Part shown: positions 9,407-18,248 of the stretch, in pieces
Numbering within the stretch: the stretch's first letter is position 1
Layout: every line of letters starts with the position of its first letter
Position numbers and translations under genes: made by a program
The notes under the pieces: generated by a model
Told to the model about the DNA's origin: nothing
Database searches by the model: none
What the model saw: the letters and a program-made list of their open reading frames with translations, nothing else
Assembly: GCA_963667015.2 (NCBI GenBank)
Contig: CAXXJJ010000001.1
Location: 352,001 to 416,000 of the forward strand
From: Desulfatiglandales bacterium
Lineage (GTDB): Bacteria; Desulfobacterota; DSM-4660; Desulfatiglandales; HGW-15
Length of the DNA: 64,000 nucleotides
Direction: 5' to 3'

Positions 9407-10771
9407 ATGCCCATGAATTTTGAAAAATACTGGAAGACAATCGTTGATACCCTTCATGACGGTTTAATGGTGGTTGATGATGAGGGAAAAATACGGCTTG
9501 TAAATTCTGCGGCAGAGAAACTTACCGGCTACTCTGCCGAAGAACTAATCGGTAAATCATGCACCGTGCTAAACTGTACCGGCTGCAAGGTTATCGGCAA
9601 AGGACCGGGAACGGAATACTGCAGGCTTTTTACTATTGGCAAGATGAGAGATAAAAAATGCCTGATAACCACCAAGGACCGGCGAACAACCCATATCCTT
9701 AAAAGTGCCTGTATGCTGCAGGACGAAAAGGGCAATATCATCGGTGCGGTGGAGACACTAACCGACATGTCAGAGGTTATCCGCAAACAGAACGAGATCC
9801 AGGAATTACGCAAGACCTTTCATCTTGATGACGGCTATCACGGCATGCTCGGGAAATCCGATATCATGCGTAACCTCTTCGAGCTGATTGAAAATGTTGC
9901 CCAGTCAGAGGCGCCTGTCATGATCCTTGGGCCCAGCGGAGCAGGCAAGGAATTGGTTGCCAGGGCAATCCACGAGGCAAGCCCCCGGAGCAATATGCCC
10001 TTTATAAAGGTTAACTGTGCGGCCCTGAATGAAAACCTGCTTGAAAGCGAACTTTTCGGACATGTAAAGGGGGCATTTACAGGTGCAGACCGCGACAGGG
10101 AAGGTCGCTTTGAGGCTGCACACGGAGGAACAATATTTCTGGATGAAATCGGGGATGTTCCCCTGTCCACCCAGGTAAAGCTTTTAAGGATACTGGAGGA
10201 TAAAAAAGTGGAACGGGTTGGCGACAATAAACCCATTTCCATTGATGTAAGGATAGTGACTGCCACCAATAAAAATCTTGAAGAAATGGTATCCGAAGGA
10301 CAGTTTCGTGAAGACCTGTTCTTCAGGATAAATGTCTTTCCCCTTTTCAGTCCCGCACTTACCGAGCGCAGGGAGGATATCCCGCTGATAGTGCAGAGTT
10401 TTATAAAACGGATCGATCCGAAACAGGGGAAAAGGATACTGGGCTGTACCCCGGAGGCCATGGAAAAACTTACATCCTACTCATGGCCCGGTAATATCAG
10501 GGAACTCAGAAACGCTGTTGAGTATGCGTCCGTGCTCTGTCCTGGCGGGGCCATAGATGTGCATCATCTGCCGGTAAAGGTTAAACAGCAGGGCAGCAGA
10601 ATGGAAAAAGGTGCTGTTAAAAAGCCGCTCAATGAGTCACAGGATAAGGAAAACCTGGTTACTGCCCTTAAAAAGGCGGAAGGCAATCAATCGGAGGCCG
10701 CCAGGATACTGGGCGTAAGCCGTGTCACTGTATGGAAAAAGATGAAGAAGTACGGGATAGATTCCAATTAG
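9407..10771 (+). CDS. PAS-domain sigma54-dependent transcriptional activator (Fis-type HTH)
   Basis: PAS domain, [42 protein letters not shown]. Confidence 0.95.
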   Translation: MPMNFEKYWKTIVDTLHDGLMVVDDEGKIRLVNSAAEKLTGYSAEELIGKSCTVLNCTGCKVIGKGPGTEYCRLFTIGKMRDKKCLITTKDRRTTHILKSACMLQDEKGNIIGAVETLTDMSEVIRKQNEIQELRKTFHLDDGYHGMLGKSDIMRNLFELIENVAQSEAPVMILGPSGAGKELVARAIHEASPRSNMPFIKVNCAALNENLLESELFGHVKGAFTGADRDREGRFEAAHGGTIFLDEIGDVPLSTQVKLLRILEDKKVERVGDNKPISIDVRIVTATNKNLEEMVSEGQFREDLFFRINVFPLFSPALTERREDIPLIVQSFIKRIDPKQGKRILGCTPEAMEKLTSYSWPGNIRELRNAVEYASVLCPGGAIDVHHLPVKVKQQGSRMEKGAVKKPLNESQDKENLVTALKKAEGNQSEAARILGVSRVTVWKKMKKYGIDSN

Positions 10772-10785
10772 AGAACAAAAAAGAA

Positions 10786-10926
10786 ATGTCCGGGCAGAAA
10801 AACACTTATCAGGAATATGCGCCTTCTTGGAGTTTGCAGCCTTTTTTAAATTGCTTCTGGTCCTATTCCGCAGATTTTTCACTGGAAAGCAAGGATAACA
10901 AAAACACGTTATCTTCAGAAAAATAA
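10786..10926 (+). pseudogene. Possible N-terminal remnant of an AraC-family regulator
   Basis: YQEYAPSWSLQPFLNCFWS resembles N-termini of AraC regulators; only 46 aa. Confidence 0.4.
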
Positions 10927-10955
10927 TCAATTTATAATATTTTAAGGAGGCAGAC

Positions 10956-11282
10956 ATGATTGCTTATTGTGGTATGGATTGTGAAAAATGCGAGTGCTAT
11001 GTGGCGACAAAGGAAAACGATGATGCATTAAGGGCAGAAGTTGCAGAAAAATGGAGCAGAAAATATAACGCAGACATTAAATCTGAACAGATCAACTGTT
11101 CAGGATGTAAATCCAAAGGTATCAAATTTTACTTTACTGAAACCGTTTGCCCGATACGAAAATGCAACATTGAAAAGAATACACCTCACTGTGCAGGATG
11201 CGAACAGTACAGATGTGAGACGCTGGACAGTTTTATTTCAATGGCACCGGAAATTGGTGAGGCCCTTGAAAAATTAAGGTGA
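10956..11282 (+). CDS. DUF3795 Cys-rich protein
   Basis: IAYCGMDCEKC, CSGC, CPIRKC, HCAGCEQYRC. Confidence 0.85.
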   Translation: MIAYCGMDCEKCECYVATKENDDALRAEVAEKWSRKYNADIKSEQINCSGCKSKGIKFYFTETVCPIRKCNIEKNTPHCAGCEQYRCETLDSFISMAPEIGEALEKLR

Positions 11283-11283
11283 T

Positions 11284-11578
11284 ATGAAAACAATGTCATT
11301 TAAATGGGATAGCAGGAAGGCAGAGGAAAATCTTGAAAAGCATAATATATCCTTTGAAGAAGCCAAAACAGTTTTCTCTGACCCAAATGCACGAATGATA
11401 TTTGATACAGAGCATTCCGGAGATGAAGAACGATTTATTATTCTTGGAATCAGCTCTGCCCTTAGATTGCTGGTTGTGTGTCATTGTTATAGAGAAAATG
11501 ACATGATCAATAAGGATAATTTCTGCTCGTAAAGCAACCAGGAAAGAGCAGAAACAGTATGGGAGTTTTTTGTCATGA
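11284..11578 (+). pseudogene. brnT: BrnT family toxin with +1 frameshift
   Basis: FKWDSRKAEENLEKHNISFEEA..HS..EERF; conserved tail IRIISARKATRKEQKQY is in another frame after an extra A near 11509; its stop overlaps the brnA ATG. Confidence 0.8.
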
Positions 11579-11787
11579 AAAAAGAATACGATTTCTCAAA
11601 ATCAGTAAAAAATCCTTATGCCAAACACCTTAAGAAGCAGGTAACTCTGAGGCTTAACGTTGATGTGGTGGAATATTTTAAAAAACAATCTGAGGAAACC
11701 GGGGTTCCCTATCAGAATCTAATTAATCTTTATTTACAGGATTGTGCTCATTCTCAAAAGAAACTGAAATTGAATTGGGTATCTTAA
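11575..11787 (+). CDS. brnA: BrnA family antitoxin
   Basis: MKKEYDFSKSVKNPY..KKQVTLRL..YFK..GVPYQNLINLYL. Confidence 0.85.
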   Translation: MKKEYDFSKSVKNPYAKHLKKQVTLRLNVDVVEYFKKQSEETGVPYQNLINLYLQDCAHSQKKLKLNWVS

Positions 11788-11981
11788 CCATCCATTAGAG
11801 AAACAGGGCATTCATGCTGTGCGGGCATTAATCCCCAATCATTTTGAGTGACATATCCTGATTCGAAGTAGTGTAGAGACAGGTTTTAAACCTTTCTCAA
11901 AGATAAAGGCATCAATTAAAAATCTCAAATATCCTGCAATCCTTTAAATCCTGTCCAAACAAAAGCCAAATCCATAATCTG

Positions 11982-12010
11982 TTGACATCCATAAGGCCCT
12001 GAACCATAAT
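11982..12010 (+). promoter_or_regulatory. sigma70 promoter upstream of the cassette array (Pc-like)
   Basis: TTGACA-17 bp-CATAAT, about 195 bp before the first cassette core site. Confidence 0.7.
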
Positions 12011-12156
12011 GAAAAATCAGTGTATCTTCCGACTTAGTTTTCTTTATGAGCAATTATAAAGCCAAAATAAACACATATTTTTTATAAAAGTTTTTCCATA
12101 AAATTATATGTTTTATTAATTAATATTGTTAACAATTAACCTAAACATTCTATACT

Positions 12157-12211
12157 ATGAGGAATCCCGTTTTACCCTACAAAACGAGAATCCCCATAAT
12201 ATCTGTTAGAC
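12157..12211 (+). other. attI-like array entry site
   Basis: GTTAGAC at 12205-12211 is the exact complement of the first cassette's R'' GTCTAAC; preceded by an imperfect 18-bp inverted repeat but no attC-type L/R'' partner. Confidence 0.5.
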
Positions 12212-12226
12212 CAAGAGGTATCGAAA

Positions 12227-12718
12227 ATGTCTAATGCAATTTTCTATTATTACCTAGACGCATCTGCATTGATAAAGTTAGTTGTTGATGAGCCTGGATC
12301 GAAGAGCATTCATAATTACTATAATTCAACTCCGAATGCATGTATTACATTGATTTCTTTCATTGAATCATTAGGTGTCTTAAAACGAAAGTGGAAAGGG
12401 CAATGGGATAAACCAGATTATCATAAGGCAGTTGAGGATTTGCTAATTATGATTTATGGAGGTAAGCCCGAAGTCGATAACATGACATTAGCTGATCCTG
12501 CTACATTCAAAAATGTAAGTAAGATGGCAAAACAATATAATCTTGACTTTGCTGATGCTTTACAATTATTCGCTATATTAAAAGGTAAATATTCACAATT
12601 TAACTTGGGTTCACAGACTAGATTTGTATCAGCAGATAAAGGGCTAGTAAAAGCTGCTCGTGATCAAGGTGTTTTAACTTGGCTATGTACAAAAAATACA
12701 GATCCTAAATGGGTCTAA
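12227..12718 (+). CDS. PIN-domain (VapC-like) protein, cassette 1
   Basis: YLDASALIKL..E.GS, E at FIES, DFADALQL, FVSADKGL. Confidence 0.85.
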   Translation: MSNAIFYYYLDASALIKLVVDEPGSKSIHNYYNSTPNACITLISFIESLGVLKRKWKGQWDKPDYHKAVEDLLIMIYGGKPEVDNMTLADPATFKNVSKMAKQYNLDFADALQLFAILKGKYSQFNLGSQTRFVSADKGLVKAARDQGVLTWLCTKNTDPKWV

Positions 12719-12775
12719 CAAAAGTTTCAACGCCGACAAGGCGTTCCGCCTTGCCGGTTAAACTTGGCGTTAAGA
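12713..12775 (+). repeat. attC site 1 (63 bp)
   Basis: GTCTAAC...GTTAAGA with internal palindrome CAAGGCG-TTC-CGCCTTG. Confidence 0.9.
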
Positions 12776-12780
12776 ATAAA

Positions 12781-13131
12781 ATGAGAACTAAATTTATTAT
12801 CTTATCTATTTCTATATTATTGTTAATTGGGTGTACAAGTATCGGCAAAATCGTTGAAGGCCATATGGTTAACAATATAAATGGTGAAAAGATACAACTT
12901 ACTCAGGATCAATTAAAAAGTCTTAATTCTATTATTGAAGACTCGAATAGAGTTTTAGAAAAAAAATTGCAGGTTGGTAACTGGATAGTTGTAAAAAATT
13001 CAAACGGCAAAAATGTAACAATATTTTCATACAGTGATCGATTTTTCTGTGTTGACGATTCAAGTTATTGTTACAAAGTAAAAGAAAAAGATCTTGGTAA
13101 ATTTACAACTGTATTTGGATCACAACCTTAA
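12781..13131 (+). CDS. Hypothetical lipoprotein, cassette 2
   Basis: ATG just after attC1; lipobox LLIGC. Confidence 0.75.
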   Translation: MRTKFIILSISILLLIGCTSIGKIVEGHMVNNINGEKIQLTQDQLKSLNSIIEDSNRVLEKKLQVGNWIVVKNSNGKNVTIFSYSDRFFCVDDSSYCYKVKEKDLGKFTTVFGSQP

Positions 13132-13137
13132 AAATAT

Positions 13138-13267
13138 TCTTAACGATGCAGTCAAGAGCGACCGGGCTATTTTTTCGCCTTTTTTAATGTCTGGTAATTG
13201 GCAACCTTTCTCGCCATAAATGAGTGAGTTGGCTTGCATCGCCCGGCCCCTTACCGCCACGTTAAAA
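13138..13267 (+). repeat. attC site 2 (130 bp)
   Basis: TCTTAAC...GTTAAAA; CCGGGC/GCCCGG arms; similar to attC10. Confidence 0.85.
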
Positions 13268-13316
13268 GCTGAAAAGGGATGGGTGAAAAATGGTATTTGG
13301 TAAAAATGCCAGTGGT

Positions 13317-13466
13317 GATGGACTCGCAAAAAGTCGAATAATCGTTATAACCCAAAAAATCGAGTCTCCTATTTGCCTCAGAATCGACGATTACATGATT
13401 AGACATGGGTTAAAGGCCATCAAAATAGTATTCTTTTTGCTGACGCTGACTTTTTGCGAGATCATC
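13317..13466. mobile_element. 150-bp MITE-like element in cassette 3
   Basis: 19-bp TIRs GATGGACTCGCAAAAAGTC / GACTTTTTGCGAGATCATC (17/19) flanked by AGTGGT direct repeats. Confidence 0.85.
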
Positions 13467-13646
13467 AGTGGTAGCATATTTACCAAATGGCAGTATTAAA
13501 ATAAAATTCTGGGCTGAATTGATGTCTATTTACAAAAATTGGCAATCTTGCCAAAAGTTGAAAATAGAAAATAAGAATCAAAATATTGTTGTAATAATAA
13601 CTGGTTATCAAAAATACAAGGTCGGTAAATAGCGGGCAAAATCGGC

Positions 13647-13734
13647 TTTTAACCTGTCGCGTCACAAGACCACGAGGGGCTTCTTTCAATTTTTGCTGAG
13701 CATCTCGGCGTGGCTTGTGAGCTGGCCGTTATGC
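13647..13734 (+). repeat. attC site 3 (88 bp)
   Basis: TTTTAAC...GTTATGC; TCACAAG..CCACG / CGTGG.CTTGTGA arms. Confidence 0.85.
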
Positions 13735-13780
13735 ATCCCAACGGGTAGAGAAACAGTGAACATCTATCAAGGTAATTTAA

Positions 13781-14644
13781 ATGACGATTGAAATAGACAG
13801 CCTTTATCAGCTTACACCTGTTGAGTTTGAGAAACTTTGTGCCGCGATACTGAAGGCTCAGGGACTCGAGCGTGTTGAACTTGTGGGTGGGCCTGGTGAT
13901 CAAGGTGTTGACATAATTGGAGAGGCCGAGGGGCAACAAGTTGCGGTTCAAGTTAAACATACGCGACAATTGTCTGTCTCAATGGTCCGGAGAATTATCG
14001 ATCAAGTTCAGTCAAGCTCATATAAGCCGAAACAGCTTATTATAATGTCCTCCGCCAATCTCACCCCTTCACTTAGAAATTCAATTCAAGAATTACCGAA
14101 AAACTTGAACATCAGGCTCATCGACCAGAATGAAATCCTAAAAGTTCTAAATGATCATCCTGAGATCCAGCGTTTACAAGTTGCGCCAGCACAGCGACGA
14201 ACCATTCGACAACGTTGGGAACTGCTATTTGGGATAGCCGCTGCATTATCATCAATTTTAGGATTGTTGTTTTCTGGGATATCATTTTTCGTACAACCCG
14301 AAAAGCCACAACTCCAAGAACGCATTGAAACTGTAGAACGAGCGATTGGAAGCTTAAAAGATCTTGAAAAGCAGTTGATAAACATAAAGGGAGACATGGT
14401 TGAAACTGAAAAGGCAAAAAAAGTCATTGAGGAAGAGTACGCTAAAGCAAAGGAACTTGAAAAACTGACACATGAACAGTTTGAAGCGGTCAAGAGTGCT
14501 TTACGAACTCAGTCATGGCAGAAAACAGCGTTCAACTACCTGCTTGGCTTTGTTCTCGGTATCGCTTCATCATTGATTGCAAGTGTCATTTATTCGCGAA
14601 TCCGTCAGCATCAAGCACTAAGAGAAGATAGCAATTCTGCATAA
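13781..14644 (+). CDS. Mrr-like restriction endonuclease domain with TM helices and coiled coil, cassette 4
   Basis: LTPVEFEKLC, GGPGDQGVDI, AVQVKH (D..QxK); two hydrophobic segments flanking a heptad-rich region. Confidence 0.85.
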   Translation: MTIEIDSLYQLTPVEFEKLCAAILKAQGLERVELVGGPGDQGVDIIGEAEGQQVAVQVKHTRQLSVSMVRRIIDQVQSSSYKPKQLIIMSSANLTPSLRNSIQELPKNLNIRLIDQNEILKVLNDHPEIQRLQVAPAQRRTIRQRWELLFGIAAALSSILGLLFSGISFFVQPEKPQLQERIETVERAIGSLKDLEKQLINIKGDMVETEKAKKVIEEEYAKAKELEKLTHEQFEAVKSALRTQSWQKTAFNYLLGFVLGIASSLIASVIYSRIRQHQALREDSNSA

Positions 14645-14700
14645 CCACAGCATTAAGGGCGACGGCAAAAAGCCGCCGCGCCTTATGCTGAACGTTGTAC
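14639..14700 (+). repeat. attC site 4 (62 bp)
   Basis: GCATAAC...GTTGTAC; near-identical to attC9. Confidence 0.9.
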
Positions 14701-14731
14701 TTCAATATGTAACAAGGCAAAAGGAGGTACT

Positions 14732-15043
14732 ATGAATTATATAAATCCAAATCAAGTTATTAGTCCCCAAGAATATATTTCAAATATAAGGATTTTACAT
14801 GATGGGGGAAACGACTCATTTTCATTGGCAAGAGTTGAATGGGAAGGTGAGGATTGTTTTGCTATAAGGTGGAATATTGCAAGAAGAGAATGGGACGATC
14901 CTGAAAAACAAATTGACAGAAAGCAATGTATTGGGATGCCTTCTTCTCATGGTTACCCTATTTGGTTTATTCTCCCAGAGGAATTAATTGATCAGGATTC
15001 TGAAATTTGGAGAATCATCAATGAGCAAAGATCGAAGGGATAA
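14732..15043 (+). CDS. Hypothetical protein, cassette 5
   Basis: AGGAGG RBS; 103-aa Trp-rich ORF filling the cassette. Confidence 0.8.
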   Translation: MNYINPNQVISPQEYISNIRILHDGGNDSFSLARVEWEGEDCFAIRWNIARREWDDPEKQIDRKQCIGMPSSHGYPIWFILPEELIDQDSEIWRIINEQRSKG

Positions 15044-15050
15044 AAGCAAC

Positions 15051-15176
15051 GTACAACCTGTCATTCAACAAGACGTGCTATTATATCGCCGAATCGGGCT
15101 TACAAGGTTTGCGAAATTTATACTTTTAATAATCTTCAGTGGCAGATTGCCGCACGCGTGTTAATTTTTCGTTGGG
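15051..15176 (+). repeat. attC site 5, R' interrupted by the group II intron
   Basis: GTACAAC...GTTGGG|intron; TTCAACA..CGTGC / GCACG..TGTTAA arms. Confidence 0.85.
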
Positions 15177-17433
15177 GGGCGACACGATGTCGCCTGATTG
15201 AGTGTACTGAGGGATAATCCCTTGAGTACTCGGTATGTTCCTACCGATTCCCTACGCGGGCATGCTACTGTTGCGCTGCATGACAGGGTGTGAAGCCCCG
15301 CTGACAAAGTACCGAAACGGGTTTGAATGGTGACAGGAGAACCCATCGGAGAATCCTCCTCCGTTAAGGGCTAGGGACGGATGATATGGTGAAATTAATT
15401 GAATGTCTGTAAGCGTCGTAACTAAGTGCGGACCTACTGAGGATTAATAGGTCTAAGACCGCACCCCTGTGTGTGCGGTGAGTGGTCAGGTTGCAGGTCT
15501 CGTAACTGCCTGCACGGAACTGTTTGACCACCGGCGTAGAGGGCGCACCTAAGTCATCCAAAGGATCAATTGGGTGGAACGTGGTAACCCCGTCCCTCCG
15601 CCTGTAGCAATTACAGGCAAGTGAAACCGTAAGGCACACCGTTGGAGTGGCGGGTGAGAGAGGTTGGAAGAAGCAAATGCCTCCGGGAAAGCCGGGGGAT
15701 AGAGCATGAAACATGGCTTATCGCTGAAAGCGTGAACATCCGTTCCGTTGAGAAGGCGTGCAGACGTCCAACTGGTGTCTCGTTGCGAGAGAATCCGGAG
15801 AACTTTTAAAGATGGGAAAGCAAAAGATAGCCATAAGAGCTAGTGCGCCTGTCGACGACGCAAAGAAATGGAATTCCATAGACTGGAAATATATGAGGCG
15901 TCAGGTCAGAAAGCTACAGATGCGTATCGCAAAGGCTGTGCAAGAAGGTAAATGGAACAAAGTAAAAGTATTACAGTATCTATTAACCCGCTCGTTCTAC
16001 GCCAAGCTGTTGGCTGTGAAACGGGTGACGACAAACAAAGGTAAAAATACTCCCGGCGTGGATGGTGTCCTGTGGAAGGGTGCCGGAAGAAAATGGCGGG
16101 AGGCATTAAACCTTAAGCGACGTGGATACAGGCCGCAACCTCTTCGGAGGATTTATATACCAAAGAAGAACGGAAAGAAAAGACCCTTATCAATACCCAC
16201 AATGCATGACAGGGCAATGCAGGCGTTATACAAGCTTGCACTGGCTCCGGTGGCAGAAACTACAGCAGACCGAAACTCATATGGATTTAGGGAGGGGCGG
16301 AGCTGTGCAGATGCCATTGCTGCCGCTTTTAATGCCCTGAACAAGCCAAACTCTGCAACGTGGGTATTGGAGCTGGACATACTCGGACATTACGATAATA
16401 TCGCAAAGGAATGGATTCTTGAAAATATTCCAATGGATAAAGAAGTGCTTCGGAAATGGCTTGAGGCTGGTTACATTGAAAATAACAAAATGTACTCGTC
16501 CCGCAAAGGGGTTCCGCAGGGAGGAATAATTAGTCCAACGCTGGCAAACATGGCTCTGGATGGACTGGAAGAAGTTATTAGAAAATCAGTCCCCAGAAGA
16601 TCTCGCGTAAACTTCATTAGATATGCCGATGATGGTGTAGTTACAGGCAAATCAAAGAAGATACTGGAAGAAAATGTAATGCCAGCCATAATACAGCTCC
16701 TTGCGGAACGTGGTCTGGAACTCTCAAAAGAGAAAACCTTTATTACTTACATAAAGGACGGGTTTACGTTCCTCGGGCAAAGTTTCAAAAAGCATGGCAG
16801 AGTATTACACATTACGCCATCTAAGGAGGGAGTTCTCGCCCTCAAACTGAAACTGGGAACATTGATCCGCAAACACGTCGGTGCACCGATGCCGGTCCTG
16901 ATCAAGAAGCTGAATGACGCGCTTCGAGGTTGGGGCAACTACCATAAACATATAGTGGCATCGGAAGCTTTTGATCATGTTGACAAGTATGTATATGATC
17001 GATTATGGAAAATGCTTAAACGCAGACACAGAAAGAAATCCACAGAATGGCTAAAGGTAAATTACTGGTCAGCCGGTGGAAATAAAGTTGTGTTTGCGGT
17101 AAAAGCCAAAACAAAGAAAGAACCCAAAAAGATTTACAAGGTCTTTCGAGTCAGTTCCATTAAGATCAGAAGATACGTCAAAATCAAAGCTGATGCAAAT
17201 CCTTATTTGCCGGAATATGCATACTATTATTATAGAAGAAGGCATGATAAGGAAAGTAAGCTGCTTGGGGCCAGGAGTTCAAGAGAGTATCTGGCACTAA
17301 AAGCAGCCAAATGTTAACACAGCCGGGCCACCCAATAAGGGTTGCCTTTGAGATGCTTGAGCCGTCGGATTGGAAACTTTCCCGCTCGGTTCTTAGGGGG
17401 CGATGGGGTGGTAACACCCCTGACCTACCCGAT
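15177..17433 (+). mobile_element. Group II intron (IIB/chloroplast-like class inferred), sense orientation
   Basis: 5' GGGCG (GUGYG variant); 34-nt domain V with AGC triad at 17359-17392; domain VI ending CCTACCCGAT; removal restores GTTGGGCGA, the complement of the next R'' TCGCCCAAC. Confidence 0.92.
15758..17317 (+). CDS. ltrA: Group II intron reverse transcriptase/maturase, no HNH domain evident (start may be ATG 15812)
   Basis: WNSIDW..VRKLQMRIAKA N-terminal extension, TPGVDG, RPLSIP..DRAMQ, PQGGIISP, RYADD, domain X RGWGNY. Confidence 0.95.
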   Translation: MQTSNWCLVARESGELLKMGKQKIAIRASAPVDDAKKWNSIDWKYMRRQVRKLQMRIAKAVQEGKWNKVKVLQYLLTRSFYAKLLAVKRVTTNKGKNTPGVDGVLWKGAGRKWREALNLKRRGYRPQPLRRIYIPKKNGKKRPLSIPTMHDRAMQALYKLALAPVAETTADRNSYGFREGRSCADAIAAAFNALNKPNSATWVLELDILGHYDNIAKEWILENIPMDKEVLRKWLEAGYIENNKMYSSRKGVPQGGIISPTLANMALDGLEEVIRKSVPRRSRVNFIRYADDGVVTGKSKKILEENVMPAIIQLLAERGLELSKEKTFITYIKDGFTFLGQSFKKHGRVLHITPSKEGVLALKLKLGTLIRKHVGAPMPVLIKKLNDALRGWGNYHKHIVASEAFDHVDKYVYDRLWKMLKRRHRKKSTEWLKVNYWSAGGNKVVFAVKAKTKKEPKKIYKVFRVSSIKIRRYVKIKADANPYLPEYAYYYYRRRHDKESKLLGARSSREYLALKAAKC

Positions 17434-17463
17434 CGAATAGATAAAAATGGAGGTTTGTAAAAT

Positions 17464-18243
17464 ATGTCACTTACATCAAGTCGCTATGATATATTTTTGA
17501 GCTACACTCATCGGGATACAGAAACTCTTACCAGTCAAATCGGCCATATTCTTGATCGTCGCGGTCTGAAAGTCTTCTTAGATGACATAGAAATACTGCC
17601 CGGTGATGTTATTATGGAGCATATAACAGATGCAGTACACGATTGCAGATATTTTGTTGCAATTATTTCCCCAGCGTATTCAGAATCAGGTTGGTGTAAA
17701 CACGAGATGTTACATATGCTGGTCAATGAGGCAAACCGAAATCAAGTCGGTATTTTACCGTTTAGAATTGATGATGCTGAAGTTCCAAGACTTCTTGCTA
17801 CTCGAAAATATGGGCGGTATGCCAATGACTTGGAAAGTGCTGAGCAAATAGCCAAGACAATCCTCAGAATAGTCGAAAGGGATTACTCTGATTCGCCAGT
17901 AATTCGTTCTGCTGTGAATGTGCCAGTATGGTTGGAACGGATGTGTCAGTTAGCATCACTTGCCCGTAGATGCACCTCTCATCTAATACGTGGAGATCAA
18001 TCAGAAGATTATAACGCGAAGATGGAGGAAATATATTACGAGATTGCCAAGATACGAACTGAATATACTGCTCAAATTGGAAACGATTATTATGATGTAT
18101 TTGAACAATTGCAAAATGGAGTTTGCAGGGGAGCGAGGTCCCCTGAAGAAGAAAGAGAAAGGATTGAGCGCACTCATCGAGAAATTGTTGAGATGACACA
18201 AAAAAAATATGGGGTTGATAAAAACATCTGGAATTCAGAGTGA
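17464..18243 (+). CDS. TIR-domain protein, cassette 6
   Basis: YDIFLSY, VFLD, IISPAYSESGWCKHE (catalytic Glu position retained); helical C-terminus. Confidence 0.88.
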   Translation: MSLTSSRYDIFLSYTHRDTETLTSQIGHILDRRGLKVFLDDIEILPGDVIMEHITDAVHDCRYFVAIISPAYSESGWCKHEMLHMLVNEANRNQVGILPFRIDDAEVPRLLATRKYGRYANDLESAEQIAKTILRIVERDYSDSPVIRSAVNVPVWLERMCQLASLARRCTSHLIRGDQSEDYNAKMEEIYYEIAKIRTEYTAQIGNDYYDVFEQLQNGVCRGARSPEEERERIERTHREIVEMTQKKYGVDKNIWNSE

Positions 18244-18248
18244 CCATC

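Noticed and set aside
11873..11960. Single GTAG REP-like palindrome and ATCCT repeats
   Set aside because: Short and degenerate; too weak to interpret
12709..12780. N-terminal extensions of track ORFs at 12709, 18240 and 20850
   Set aside because: They translate through attC sites; the likely starts are 12781, 18330 and 20874
15758..17317. Retron, DGR or defence-associated reverse transcriptase
   Set aside because: Has domain X and flanking intron domains V/VI with precise exon junctions
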